DNA of 64,000 nucleotides from an uncultured bacterium. Its GTDB lineage: Bacteria > Auribacterota > Erginobacteria > Erginobacterales > Erginobacteraceae. A program made the translations under genes and the position numbers. Of this stretch, positions 35,643-45,785 are shown one piece after another. The DNA is taken from assembly GCA_964587835.1 (NCBI GenBank), contig CAZPMN010000004.1:14351-78350 (forward strand), in the 5' to 3' direction. The first letter of the stretch is position 1, and each line of letters starts with the position of its first letter. Under the pieces are notes generated by a model, which worked only from the letters and a program-made list of their open reading frames with translations, made no database searches and was not told the origin of the DNA.

Positions 35643-35671
35643 ATCCTCCACCGGGGTGCCACATCTGAAAA

Positions 35672-36724
35672 TCAACCCTGGTCCGATAAAATCTCGCGGA
35701 TCGCCCCGGTCAGCAGGTCCATCTGCTCCGGGGTCCCGATACTGATCCGGATAAACTCTTGCAAGCGCGGAGTATCGAACCAGCGGACCAGGATCTTCCG
35801 TTCGAAGAGGGCCTCGTACAACTCCCCCGCTCTCCCCTCCGGCGGCCGTCCGAGGAGGAAGTTCGCCCCGGAGGGAATTACCCTGAATCCCAGATCAACC
35901 AGGGTATTCGCCAGGCGCTCCCTCTCCGCCACTATCCGAGCCGTGGTCTCCTGGAAATACTCCCGGTCGGCCAGGGCGGCGGCGGCGGCGGCGGCCGAGA
36001 CGGCGTTGAGGTTGTAGGAGTCCTTGACCTTCATCATCCCGGAGACGACCTCCTCCGAGGCGAAGGCGTAACCGACCCGCAATCCCGCCAGGGAGTAAGA
36101 CTTGGAGCAGGTCCGGGTGACCAGAAGGTTGGGGAAGTCGAGCAGCAGGGGGAGGGAGCTCTCCTCGGCGAAATCGACGTAGGCCTCGTCCACCAGCACC
36201 ATCCCTTCGGTCTTCCGGAGAAGACGCTCGATCGCCGCGATCGGGTAGATGGTGCCGGTAGGGGAGTTGGGCGAGGCGATCAGCTTGATCGCGGCCTTCG
36301 CCCCGAAAAACTCCTCGGGGAGTCCGAAGTCCTCATCAAGTTCATAAGCCGCCGGCTTTGCTCCCTGGATCCGAGCCAGGACCCCGAAGAGGCTGTAGGA
36401 GGGGGTCGGGAAGGCGACCCGGTCTCCTTCCCCGGCAAAGCAGCGCAGGGCCATCGCCAGCAGTTCGTCGGAACCGTTGCCGGCGATAATCCGTTCCACC
36501 GGGAGGCCGTAAACCTCGGCGATCACCTCTCTCAGCCGGACGGAGAGGGGATCGGGATAAAGGCGCAGGCTGTCCTCCCCGGTCTTCCGGATCGCCGCGG
36601 CCGCTCCGGGGGCGGGGGGATAGGGATTCTCGTTGGTGTTGAGCTTGACAAATCCCCCGCCCTTCGGCTGGAACCCGGGCTGGTATGGTTCCAGCCCGTC
36701 TATGTTGTTCCTGAACCAGTTCAT
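35672..36724 (-). CDS. hisC: Histidinol-phosphate aminotransferase
   Basis: Class II aminotransferase: LNTNENPYPP N-terminus; Lys region TCSKSYSLAGLRVGY. Confidence 0.85.
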   Translation of the reverse strand: MNWFRNNIDGLEPYQPGFQPKGGGFVKLNTNENPYPPAPGAAAAIRKTGEDSLRLYPDPLSVRLREVIAEVYGLPVERIIAGNGSDELLAMALRCFAGEGDRVAFPTPSYSLFGVLARIQGAKPAAYELDEDFGLPEEFFGAKAAIKLIASPNSPTGTIYPIAAIERLLRKTEGMVLVDEAYVDFAEESSLPLLLDFPNLLVTRTCSKSYSLAGLRVGYAFASEEVVSGMMKVKDSYNLNAVSAAAAAAALADREYFQETTARIVAERERLANTLVDLGFRVIPSGANFLLGRPPEGRAGELYEALFERKILVRWFDTPRLQEFIRISIGTPEQMDLLTGAIREILSDQG

Positions 36725-36772
36725 AAGTTTTCGCGCAGATACGGCAGGCCAGGCATTCCTGTCTGACCTAGT

Positions 36773-38047
36773 TTAATCTGTCATTTTTACGCTTCGAGTA
36801 TTAAGTCGGACCCGGACGGAGAGGAGGTGGTTATCGAGCCCTTCCAACTCCGCCAGCGTTTCCAGAGCCGAAAAATCATTCTTCAGCGCCCGCCTCGTGT
36901 AACGGAGCAGGCTGCTCTTCTTGAGAAAGTCATTGACCGTCAGGGGCGAGGAGAAACGAGCCGCTCCCCCGGTGGGGAGGACGTGACTGGGGCCAGCGAC
37001 ATAGTCTCCCGCCGCCACCGGGCTCAGCTCCCCGATGAAGATCGCCCCGGCGTTCCTGATCCGAGCCAGCGCGGCTTCCGGGGCGGACGTCATAATCTCC
37101 AGGTGCTCGGGGGCGATCCGGTTGACCAATTCAATACCCTCTTTCAGGCTCCGGACCCGGACCAGAAAAATTCCTTCGCGTTTCCCGCCGCCCCCCGCTC
37201 TTGCGACCTCTTCCGCCACCGCCGCCGCCAGACGCTTGGAAGTGGTGATCAGGATCGCCGCTCCGCCCGGCCCGTGTTCGGCCTGGGCCAGGAGATCGGC
37301 GGCGATATGGTCCGGCGCGGCCTTCCCGTCGGCCAGGATCGCCACCTCGCTCGGCCCGGCCAGGCTGTCGATCCCCACCACTCCGAAGACCTCCTTCTTG
37401 GCCAGGGTGACGTAGATATTCCCCGGTCCAGCGATCAGATCAACTCTTGGGATCGTCCGGGTACCGAAGGCCAGGGCGGCCACCGCCTGAGCCCCCCCGA
37501 TCCTATAAATCTCCCTGATCCCCAAAAAATCAGCGGTGGCCAACAGGTAGGGGTTAACGGTCCCGGACTTTCCCGGCGGGGTAACGATCACGATCCTCCG
37601 AACCCCGGCCAGCCGGGCCGGGACCACGGCCATCAAAACCGTCGAGACCAGCGGCGCCCTCCCCCCGGGGACGTAAATCCCCGCCGACTCCACCGGGGTG
37701 ACCCGTTCCCCCCACTCCAGTCCGTCCCCCCTTCCCCGCCGCCAGGACTTCTCCCGAATTGGGCGGTAAAACCTGGAGATATTCCTCTCCGCCCGCCGCA
37801 GAGCAGCCCGCAGCTTCGGGGTCAGGGACTTTCGGGCTTTTTGCATCTCGGCCGGGGAGACCGCAAAGGACTTGAGCCTCACCCCGTCAAAGGCCAGGGT
37901 GTACTCCCGCAGGGCCGCGTCACCCCGCTCCTGCACCTCCCCGACGATCTTTCGCACCGCCGCAACCTTCTCCGGCGGAAAGGCCGCCCCCTCCATCCAC
38001 CGGAGTAGCTTCTCCCCGGCTGACTTGTTGTACTCAATTACCTTCAT
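36773..38047 (-). CDS. hisD: Histidinol dehydrogenase
   Basis: HisD signatures (GIYVPGGRAPLVSTVLM, AGPSEVAILAD, QAEHGPGG, HLEI). Confidence 0.85.
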   Translation of the reverse strand: MKVIEYNKSAGEKLLRWMEGAAFPPEKVAAVRKIVGEVQERGDAALREYTLAFDGVRLKSFAVSPAEMQKARKSLTPKLRAALRRAERNISRFYRPIREKSWRRGRGDGLEWGERVTPVESAGIYVPGGRAPLVSTVLMAVVPARLAGVRRIVIVTPPGKSGTVNPYLLATADFLGIREIYRIGGAQAVAALAFGTRTIPRVDLIAGPGNIYVTLAKKEVFGVVGIDSLAGPSEVAILADGKAAPDHIAADLLAQAEHGPGGAAILITTSKRLAAAVAEEVARAGGGGKREGIFLVRVRSLKEGIELVNRIAPEHLEIMTSAPEAALARIRNAGAIFIGELSPVAAGDYVAGPSHVLPTGGAARFSSPLTVNDFLKKSSLLRYTRRALKNDFSALETLAELEGLDNHLLSVRVRLNTRSVKMTD

Positions 38048-38072
38048 AACTGTTTGTGAAAGTTATACTTAA

Positions 38073-38648
38073 TTAATGACTGCCTTTTAGCTTCCGGATC
38101 AGGGCCAGTTTGAGCATATGGGTGATCACCACGTGGACGTCCTCGACCTCCTCGTAGGAGGAGCTTTTAACCACGATCGGGATGGTGGCCAGAGAGGCCA
38201 GCTGGCCTCCCCCCTTTCCGGTCAGGCCGATGACGATCGCCCCGGCCTCGCGGCCATACTCTGCCGCCCGCAGGACGTTGGGCGAGTTACCGGAGGCGGA
38301 GAGGGCCATCACCACGTCCCCCCTCTTCAGATAGTTCTTCAGCGGTTCGACGAAGACCTTCTCGTAACTGTCGTCGTTGGCCCAGGCGGTCAGCAACGGC
38401 GCGCAGTCGTTGAGGCAGAAGGCCTTCACCCGGGGCTCGCCCTCGACGATACAACCCTTGACCAGGTCGCAGACGAAGTGGGAGGAGGCGGCGGCGCAGG
38501 CCCCGTTGCCGAAGGCGAAGATCTGATTCCCTTTCCTGACCGCTTCTTCCAGGGCCTCGACCGCCCGCTCCATCTCGGGGAAGGGAAGCTCGCTCAAACA
38601 CTGCCGGATCCGTTCGCTGTAATTTCTTAAGAATTCATCCATCCTCAT
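38073..38648 (-). CDS. gmhA: SIS-domain sugar-phosphate isomerase, phosphoheptose isomerase-like
   Basis: FAFGNGACAAASSHFVCDL and SASGNSPNVL motifs; 192 aa. ATG overlaps the upstream gene's TGA (ATGA). The track ORF to 38807 has an Arg/Gly-rich artefactual extension. Confidence 0.7.
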   Translation of the reverse strand: MRMDEFLRNYSERIRQCLSELPFPEMERAVEALEEAVRKGNQIFAFGNGACAAASSHFVCDLVKGCIVEGEPRVKAFCLNDCAPLLTAWANDDSYEKVFVEPLKNYLKRGDVVMALSASGNSPNVLRAAEYGREAGAIVIGLTGKGGGQLASLATIPIVVKSSSYEEVEDVHVVITHMLKLALIRKLKGSH

Positions 38649-40315
38649 TTCTCTCCCGGGCCCGATTTCCGGACCTCTTCCTTGATCCGCTGGATATGTC
38701 CCCTCCCCATCCCCTTGACCTCGCAGCCGAGTTCGAAGTAGCGGCGGATCTCGGCGTCGGAGAGGATGCCGAAACAGTCGATCACCGCGATCGGTCGCCC
38801 CGCCCATCCAACTATCTTCTCCGGGACAAGACCGAGGTATTGCTGGTGTGGGACCGCCAGGATCAGGCCGTCGGCCCCTTTTAGCAAGGCCTCGAGTTCC
38901 TTGCCGACCCGGAGTTCGGTCAGTCCGTCCTGGTTCCGGAAGAACCGGGCCCAGGAGTGGCCGGGGGCGGGGTAGGTATCCTGCTTCTCGAACTCGTACC
39001 AGTGCTCGAGGTAAGGGTCGTGGACCTTCATCTCGGCTCCCATCTCGGTCAATTTGCGGACCACCAGCTCGCTCCCTGAATAACGGCTGTCGCCGACGTC
39101 CTGGCGGTAACTCGCTCCGCAGATCAGGATCGATTTTCCGGCGACGTTCTTGCCCATATTCCGCAGAGCGTCCCGGGTCAGCTCGGCGGCGTGAAGGGCC
39201 CGGGTGTCGTTGATGTCGATGGCGGTGGGGGTGATCTTAAAGAGGCTGTCGCCGTCGGCGAAACCGAGAATATGTTTGTAGGCCCAGTAGCCCAGCCCCC
39301 CGTCCTTGGGCAGGCAGTAGCCGCCGATCCCGGGGCCGGGGAAAATGATATTACTGTGGGTGGGCCGCATCTTGATCGCCTTGATCACCTTGATCAGGTC
39401 GACCCCGTTGCGCTCGGCGAAGAGCGACCACTCGTTGAGGAAAGCCAGGATGGCCGCCCGGTAGGAGTTTTCGACGATCTTAGTCGTCTCCGATTCGATC
39501 GGTCGGTCCATCACCGTCAGTGGAAAGTCTGCGGTGTTGAGGACCTCCCGGAGAAACTTCTCCACCCTCCGGCGGGCTTCGTTCTCGCAGCCTGAGCAGA
39601 CCCGCCAGAAGTCCTGGATGCTGGCCACGTAGTCCCGCCCGGGCATCACCCGCTCGAAACTGTGGGCTAGGAGAGGTATGCTCTCTAATCCCCGTTCCTC
39701 AAAAGCCCTCTTCAGAATCGGCCAGGCCACGAACTCGGTGGTCCCGGGGGCGACCGTGGTCTCGATCAGGACCAGGCAGTCGGGCCGGATGTAGCGGCCG
39801 ATGGTCTTCATCGTTGCCTCCAGGGCGGCCATATCGGCCTCCCCGGAACGCATGTTGCCCAGCTCTTTTTTGGAAAAGTCGCACTGGACATCGACCACCA
39901 CGCAGTCGGCCAGGGCGAGGCACTCGCTGTTGTAGGTGGCGGTCAGGGTCCCGGCCTCGAGGACGCAGTGCCGGATCAGGCGGTCGACTTCGGGGTCCTC
40001 GGCTTTGACCGGGGATTCGCCCCGGTTGAGCAGCGGGATCTTCCAGTAACTGCGGACCGAGGGCCGTTGGCAGCCGATCACGAATTTGCTGTGTTCCCCC
40101 GATTCGTCCCGGGCGTCGGCCACGATCGCTGCCATCACCGCCCCGACGAATCCCACCCCCATCACCACCACCACCTCCCTCCCCTCCCGCCGGGCGGCGT
40201 CGGCCAGTTGGCGCACCCGGTTCAGTTCACCCGCGTATTCCCCCGGCTCTGGAAGGGTAAACTTCTCCCCGGAGGGACTGGCCGAGAAATTCAGCTTTGG
40301 TTTATCTTCAGGCAT
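38645..40315 (-). CDS. Nucleotide-sugar dehydrogenase (UDP-glucose/GDP-mannose dehydrogenase family) with ~45-aa N-terminal extension
   Basis: VVVMGVGFVGAVMAAIVA (NAD-binding); GPGIGGYCLPKDG (catalytic Cys); C-terminal UDPG_MGDP_dh_C-like. Confidence 0.8.
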   Translation of the reverse strand: MPEDKPKLNFSASPSGEKFTLPEPGEYAGELNRVRQLADAARREGREVVVVMGVGFVGAVMAAIVADARDESGEHSKFVIGCQRPSVRSYWKIPLLNRGESPVKAEDPEVDRLIRHCVLEAGTLTATYNSECLALADCVVVDVQCDFSKKELGNMRSGEADMAALEATMKTIGRYIRPDCLVLIETTVAPGTTEFVAWPILKRAFEERGLESIPLLAHSFERVMPGRDYVASIQDFWRVCSGCENEARRRVEKFLREVLNTADFPLTVMDRPIESETTKIVENSYRAAILAFLNEWSLFAERNGVDLIKVIKAIKMRPTHSNIIFPGPGIGGYCLPKDGGLGYWAYKHILGFADGDSLFKITPTAIDINDTRALHAAELTRDALRNMGKNVAGKSILICGASYRQDVGDSRYSGSELVVRKLTEMGAEMKVHDPYLEHWYEFEKQDTYPAPGHSWARFFRNQDGLTELRVGKELEALLKGADGLILAVPHQQYLGLVPEKIVGWAGRPIAVIDCFGILSDAEIRRYFELGCEVKGMGRGHIQRIKEEVRKSGPGEK

Positions 40316-40480
40316 GGGGTCAACCTCATTGGCATTGCCGGCTTAAGGTTTTCACAGTAATCGCGCGTGCGGTCCTCCCCCGGTCTTTGTCCGAAAGACC
40401 AGACTGACCGGCAGTATAATCTAACTGAACCCTCCAGGCAAACAAGAATAGACCTCCCCCTCACCCCGGAGAAGGTAAGT

Positions 40481-42190
40481 TCACCCCGGCGAGTTCGGGG
40501 AGAGAAGTATCCGCCATCCCGGATCAAGGGGGGAAGCCCGCCGACGGTAGACGGTGACGGTCAGGCCGAGATCGGGAAAGTCCCGGCTGCGCCAGGTCTC
40601 AACCAACCCCCGCCGGGCCGCTTCCTCCACGATTTTTCGGGGCCGGTCTACGCGATCTCCCAGCATACTCTGGTTGGAAAGGGTGAGATAGGGCGAGTCG
40701 GGATGTATCCGGAGGACGGCGAAAAAGGCGCAGCGGGGATCTAGATTCCCCACAATTGTTCGCCGTTGGACCAGCCCATGCCATTGCCAGAGGTGGGCTG
40801 AGGCGCAGTTGAGCTGGAAGAGGACCGCCAGGGGATACCCGGGTTTGGTGTTGTTCCAGATAAAATCAAGCACATCCTCCACACTATTCGATCCCAAGCG
40901 GTCGCCGTGCTTCGGCGAGAGGATGTTCTTCGGCTGGTAGATGAAATCCGGGTAGCGGGCCAGGCCGAAAAAGGCTTTCCGGGGCACCCTCTTCGGGGCC
41001 GGTAGGTTGAGCGAGCCCAGGGCGTTGTTTCCGATGATCCGGACGTATTCCGGGAGCCGGGGGAGATCCCCGGCGAGAAGGATCAACCAAACCAGGACGG
41101 TCAGGCGCACGGTCCGGCGATGCAACTGCCGTACCAGGTCGGCCAGGAAGAGGGCGGTCAGGAGGAAGAGGGCCGCCACTGCGGGGGTGGCGATGAACCG
41201 TTCCTGGAGGTTGGGGCTGCGGGCGATCGGAAGCAGGCTTCCCCAGAAGAGGAGGAAGAGAAGCCGGACTCTGAGGTCCCGCCATCTCCGGGCGGCCCAA
41301 ATCAGTCCGCCCAGGTAGGCGGGGAAGAGCCAGGGGGAGAAGGAGTAGGCGGTGAGCAGGGCCCGGGGATAATAGAGAACCCGGTCGCTCATCTCCAGGT
41401 GGAGGAAATCCCATCCGCTGGTCTCGCTTATCCGGTAGAGGATGATGTTGATCTTATCCCCGGCATTTCCTCCGGCCAGCCAGAGAAGCCAGACGCCGGC
41501 GAATGCCGCCGCAAGGATCCAGATCCGATTTAATTCCGCCCGGCATCGCTCGCGGTCCTTCTTTGACAATATGATGCTCAGCCAGAATATGACCAGGCTG
41601 AATCCGAAGAAGATGGCGTAGATGTACTTGGTGAAGTAGAGCAGGGAAAGAAAGACCCCGGCGACGATATACCATATCGGCCGCTGCCCGTCCCGGGCGG
41701 TCAGGTAGGCCAGCAGGGCCGCCAGGGTCAGGAACGTCCCCAGAGATTCGGCCATCGCCGTCCCCGCCAGGTAGCAGAAGAGCGGAGAAAAAACCAGGAG
41801 CCCGGCCGCGATCATCCCGGCCCCTGCACGACCGAAAGAGGCTGCCTTCCGGCCCGTCAGGTAGATGAGGAAGACCGCCCCGACGTTCATCACCAGGCTC
41901 ATAAACCGGGCGGCCTGGTAGGTATATCCCCCGATCAGCAGGAAGACCGAGGAAACCCAGTAATGGAAAAAGGGCCAGTAGATCTGCCGGTTGGTCAGGT
42001 TCCAGAAACCGGCGAAATCTAACTCACTGAGCTGCTCGGCCATCGCCAGGCTGATCAGGGAACGGTGCGCCTCGTCCCAGCCGAACGGCCCCTGGGGCCG
42101 AATCAGGTATAGGTAAATAAAAACTCCCTGCAGAATAATCGCAGATAAAACCGCTGTAATGGCTATGCGGCTGCTGAAGCCCGTTTTCAT
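40481..42190 (-). CDS. GT-C fold polytopic membrane glycosyltransferase (GT39/GT83, ArnT/PMT-like)
   Basis: 12+ TMs; GWDEAHRSL (DE motif) in the first loop; overall ArnT/PMT-like topology. Confidence 0.65.
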   Translation of the reverse strand: MKTGFSSRIAITAVLSAIILQGVFIYLYLIRPQGPFGWDEAHRSLISLAMAEQLSELDFAGFWNLTNRQIYWPFFHYWVSSVFLLIGGYTYQAARFMSLVMNVGAVFLIYLTGRKAASFGRAGAGMIAAGLLVFSPLFCYLAGTAMAESLGTFLTLAALLAYLTARDGQRPIWYIVAGVFLSLLYFTKYIYAIFFGFSLVIFWLSIILSKKDRERCRAELNRIWILAAAFAGVWLLWLAGGNAGDKINIILYRISETSGWDFLHLEMSDRVLYYPRALLTAYSFSPWLFPAYLGGLIWAARRWRDLRVRLLFLLFWGSLLPIARSPNLQERFIATPAVAALFLLTALFLADLVRQLHRRTVRLTVLVWLILLAGDLPRLPEYVRIIGNNALGSLNLPAPKRVPRKAFFGLARYPDFIYQPKNILSPKHGDRLGSNSVEDVLDFIWNNTKPGYPLAVLFQLNCASAHLWQWHGLVQRRTIVGNLDPRCAFFAVLRIHPDSPYLTLSNQSMLGDRVDRPRKIVEEAARRGLVETWRSRDFPDLGLTVTVYRRRASPLDPGWRILLSPNSPG

Positions 42191-43275
42191 TTGCCTTGAG
42201 TCTCAATGAATTCACTGAATGGGACGAATGACTTGCCCTTAACCAAGGGATAATAATGGCGCATAAAATCTCGGTTAACAGCGGTCAAGCACTCGCCGCC
42301 ATACTGGTTGAACCAGTTCAGTTTCAGCGCCCGGTTCCGAATCTTCTCGAGGGGCTCTTTGAAGATATTGCCGAAGACGATATGCATAAAGGGGCACCCG
42401 CAGACATCCCCGTAAGGGGTAAAGTAGAGTACTTCCTTGAGGGCGGGACAGCCCCAGCCCCCATAGTTATTATCAAGGTCTCGGACCACGAATGGGTAGT
42501 TCTTCCGCAGGCGGTAGTAATAATCGCGGTCCTCCTGAGAGAGCATAACTTCCGGGTTCCCGGTCCAGTAACCGAGCGGTCGGGCATAGATGGTCTCCAG
42601 CATAATCCTGTTCCGATGTGAGTAGTCTAAAATCTTCTTCAGTCCCTCCGAGTAAAGATTATCCTTGTGCACCGTGGTGTTGATAACAATCTTGATCTTA
42701 TGCTTCCGGCAGAGCTCGATGTCCTCCATTATTTTGGCGTAGCTACCCGGGTGGTTGCGGAACCGGTCGTGTTCTTCGGCGATGCCGCTGTCCACGCTGA
42801 AGTAGAGGGTATCTATGCCTGTTGAGGCCAGCTTTTCAATGGTTGGTTCGTCGAGGAGGGAGCCGTTGGTTGTAATGATAATGTGGTTTCTCCGCGGGCG
42901 GAAAGCCTCAATGATATCGAAGATGTCTTTACGGATGAACGGTTCCCCACCCTGGAGAGAGAAGACCACTGCCCCGAGTCTTTCCATCTCACGGCAGACC
43001 CTTCGGTAGTCGTCAATCGTCATCACCCGGCGCGGTATGGGACTCTTCAGATTTTCCGCGTAACAATGCGAACAACGGAAGTTGCAGGCATATGTGATAG
43101 CGAAATCAGCCCCCCGAAGGTTGAATTTTTTGATCCCAAGAAGCCTCCAGAATTTGGCCCGGACCAGGTTCCGGACCAATCGGAGCAGGAACATCGGTTT
43201 TCTCCAGTGGAACCCGTATTTGACAATGACGTAAAGACGAAAATAGACTCTTTTAAAAATGTTCATATCTTTCAA
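42187..43275 (-). CDS. Radical SAM protein with C-terminal SPASM/twitch-type Cys cluster
   Basis: ITYACNFRCSHCYA (CX3CX2C), FSLQGGEPFIRKD, C-terminal GGWGCPALKEVLYFTPYGDVCGCPF. Start TTG at 43275 or ATG at 43266. Confidence 0.75.
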   Translation of the reverse strand: MKDMNIFKRVYFRLYVIVKYGFHWRKPMFLLRLVRNLVRAKFWRLLGIKKFNLRGADFAITYACNFRCSHCYAENLKSPIPRRVMTIDDYRRVCREMERLGAVVFSLQGGEPFIRKDIFDIIEAFRPRRNHIIITTNGSLLDEPTIEKLASTGIDTLYFSVDSGIAEEHDRFRNHPGSYAKIMEDIELCRKHKIKIVINTTVHKDNLYSEGLKKILDYSHRNRIMLETIYARPLGYWTGNPEVMLSQEDRDYYYRLRKNYPFVVRDLDNNYGGWGCPALKEVLYFTPYGDVCGCPFMHIVFGNIFKEPLEKIRNRALKLNWFNQYGGECLTAVNRDFMRHYYPLVKGKSFVPFSEFIETQGK

Positions 43276-43290
43276 TCCAATCGTTCATGG

Positions 43291-44328
43291 TTAGTGTTTC
43301 TGGACAAATCCGACTAGCGTCCCAGCGACGCGGCTGATCTCCCCTGCTCCGTAGCCGATGTGGGTCAGGCAGATAGCCAGGAATACATGAAGTACCAAAC
43401 GCGGTCTACCAGCCCGGAATGCGGACCAGATACTTTGGGCCAGAACCAAGGGAAAGTATAATAAGGGTGCAAAAAAATATGCTCGAAAAAAGCCAAGGCC
43501 GGAGAGAACCAAGGCAATCACCAATAGCGCTGGTAACGCGTAGGCCAGGTTCAGCATTTCCGGATGCCGGACCAGAAGAGTCCCCCGGGCGCGGCCGTAT
43601 CTCAACATATTTCTCCACCAGCTCTTTGGAGAAGGGCGATACTTGTGAAATACCATTGGCCGGGGATCGTAGAAAAGCCTCCGACCGAACCTCAGGATCC
43701 GATAGGAGAACTCAGCATCCTCCCCCTCGCTCTTCAGCTCTTCATCGAAGTAGCCGAGCTCCTTGAAAAGAGCTTTTTCGTAGATAACGTTAAGCGTCGG
43801 CAGATCGACCACGTTTTTCTTCCGCTTAAGGTTTTTCCCACTCACCCTCCCCCCGCTGGCTAGATAGGTATTGAGTCCAATCTTCACCGCTATGGCGAAG
43901 TCACCGGCCTCCTCCGGGATCAATGCCGGGCCGCCGACAGCAGCGACCTGATTATCCGCAGCGGTCGCTTCCCGCCAAGCCAGGACCAAGTTTGCGATCC
44001 ATTCCGGGGGGACCACGCAGTCGGCGTCGGTAAAGGCGACCAGTCCGAACCGGGCTTGCCGAACTCCGGTATTCCGGGCCGCCGCGGTGCCCCTCTTCGG
44101 CTCCCGGACGTACCGAATCCGCCGATCCCGCTTTGCATAGGATTCAATGATGGGAATTGTCCCGTCGGTGGAGTCTCCGTCCACCACTAGGACCTCATAG
44201 TCCCCGGCCCGGTAGCTCTGGCCCAGGAGGGATTCCAGGCAGGCGGCGATGTTCTCCCTCTCGTTGTAGCTGACCACGATGATGGAGACATTCATTCCGG
44301 ACTGGTTGTCGGCACCGGGGTGATTCAT
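43291..44328 (-). CDS. Family 2 glycosyltransferase with C-terminal TM region
   Basis: VSIIVVSYNERENI...YEVLVVDGDSTDGT...FTDADCVV are GT2 DxD/ED motifs. ATGA overlap with the upstream gene. Confidence 0.8.
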   Translation of the reverse strand: MNHPGADNQSGMNVSIIVVSYNERENIAACLESLLGQSYRAGDYEVLVVDGDSTDGTIPIIESYAKRDRRIRYVREPKRGTAAARNTGVRQARFGLVAFTDADCVVPPEWIANLVLAWREATAADNQVAAVGGPALIPEEAGDFAIAVKIGLNTYLASGGRVSGKNLKRKKNVVDLPTLNVIYEKALFKELGYFDEELKSEGEDAEFSYRILRFGRRLFYDPRPMVFHKYRPSPKSWWRNMLRYGRARGTLLVRHPEMLNLAYALPALLVIALVLSGLGFFRAYFFAPLLYFPLVLAQSIWSAFRAGRPRLVLHVFLAICLTHIGYGAGEISRVAGTLVGFVQKH

Positions 44329-45785
44329 CTTTTCGGCCGTACCCGTTCGCGGAGCAGATAGCGGAGGTATTTGGCGGCGGATCGGATGGTCCTCCGTCCC
44401 TCGGCCGGGTGGGTGAACAGCTGGACCAATTTTTTGATCATGTAGCGAAGGTTAAAGTGGTAACGGCGGTAGGCCCGCTCGCAAAAATCCTCCAGTTCTT
44501 CCCGGGAAAGCCCGGGGAAATCCAGGACACAGTTGTGAGCGAGGGCCGGCGTCAGCCACTGTCGGTAATCCTCTGTCAGGAGATAATCGTTCTCCTTGGC
44601 CCAGTGGTAGGCCTCGGTCCCCGGGTAGACGATCAGGGGATAGAACTGCATACTGTCGCAGTCCAGCTCTTTCGCCAGCCGGAAACTCTTCTCCAGGGTT
44701 TCCCGGGTCTCCCCGGGGAGCCCGGCGATCAGGCAGCCGTGGACCAGGAGCCCGGCCCGTTTCGCGTCCCGGGCGAACCGGGGGTAATCGGCCGCCCGCA
44801 GATTTTTCTTCATCCCGTCGAGAATCGCCTGTTCCCCGCTCTCGAAACCTACGGTCACCAGGCGGCATCCGGCCGCCTTCATCAGCGCCATCAGCTCGTA
44901 GTCCAGGTCGGCCCGAACATTGCAGTACCACTTGAGGCGGTTTCCCCGGTCGATCAGCAAACGGCAGAATTTCTCCACCCGCGTCCGGTCGATGGTAAAG
45001 GTGTCATCCTCGATCCCGATTTCACGGACCTCGGGGAGTTGCTCCGCCACGTAGGAAAACTCGGCGGCGATATTCTCCGGACTTCGGATCCGGTACCGGT
45101 GTCCGTGAAATACCTGGGGATAGACACAGTAGAAACAGCGGTGGGGGCAGCCGCGGCCGGTGATGATCATTACCATCGGGTAATCGGCGGCGGCGAAATA
45201 GTAATTCCGGACGTCGAGGTGCTTTTTATAAACCTCGCTTAGAAAGGGAAGCGAATCAAGATCTTCAATATATTTCCTCGGGCCGGTGTTCCGAGTTGAG
45301 GATCCTTCCCGCAGGACCAGGCCGCTTACGGAGGAAGGGCTCCCCCCGGCCTGAAGGCAGGCCGCTAGGTCCCGAAGGGTATAGTCATATTCGCCGATGG
45401 CCACCGCCTCCACCCCGGCATTCAAGTTCAGGGTTGCTTCCGGGAGCGCCGAGGGATGTGTCCCGACCAGTACCGTATAACTTGAGGGATGCCGGTCCTT
45501 GATCATCCCGGCTACCCCGACGTCATTGTAGATGCTCGGGGTGCTGGTATTAACCACCGCCAGTTCCGGAGTGAACCCATCGATCCGAGCCATAGTTTCC
45601 CCGACGTCGATACCCTCGGCGGGAGCGTCCAGGAGCAAGATCTGATGTTTTTCTCTCTCCAGCACTCCGGCGGCGAAGGCCAGCCAGAAGGGATAATAGA
45701 GCGTCCCCCCCTTGGTTACAGCCGGACTCCGCTGCTCCCGGGAATAGCGGGGATGGAAGGGGGGGTTGAGAAGGAGGATCTTCAT
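44325..45785 (-). CDS. B12-binding domain radical SAM protein
   Basis: MKILLLNPPF... cobalamin-binding-like N-domain (VLVGTHPSALPEA), then ITGRGCPHRCFYCVYPQ (CX3CX2C). Confidence 0.8.
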   Translation of the reverse strand: MKILLLNPPFHPRYSREQRSPAVTKGGTLYYPFWLAFAAGVLEREKHQILLLDAPAEGIDVGETMARIDGFTPELAVVNTSTPSIYNDVGVAGMIKDRHPSSYTVLVGTHPSALPEATLNLNAGVEAVAIGEYDYTLRDLAACLQAGGSPSSVSGLVLREGSSTRNTGPRKYIEDLDSLPFLSEVYKKHLDVRNYYFAAADYPMVMIITGRGCPHRCFYCVYPQVFHGHRYRIRSPENIAAEFSYVAEQLPEVREIGIEDDTFTIDRTRVEKFCRLLIDRGNRLKWYCNVRADLDYELMALMKAAGCRLVTVGFESGEQAILDGMKKNLRAADYPRFARDAKRAGLLVHGCLIAGLPGETRETLEKSFRLAKELDCDSMQFYPLIVYPGTEAYHWAKENDYLLTEDYRQWLTPALAHNCVLDFPGLSREELEDFCERAYRRYHFNLRYMIKKLVQLFTHPAEGRRTIRSAAKYLRYLLRERVRPKR

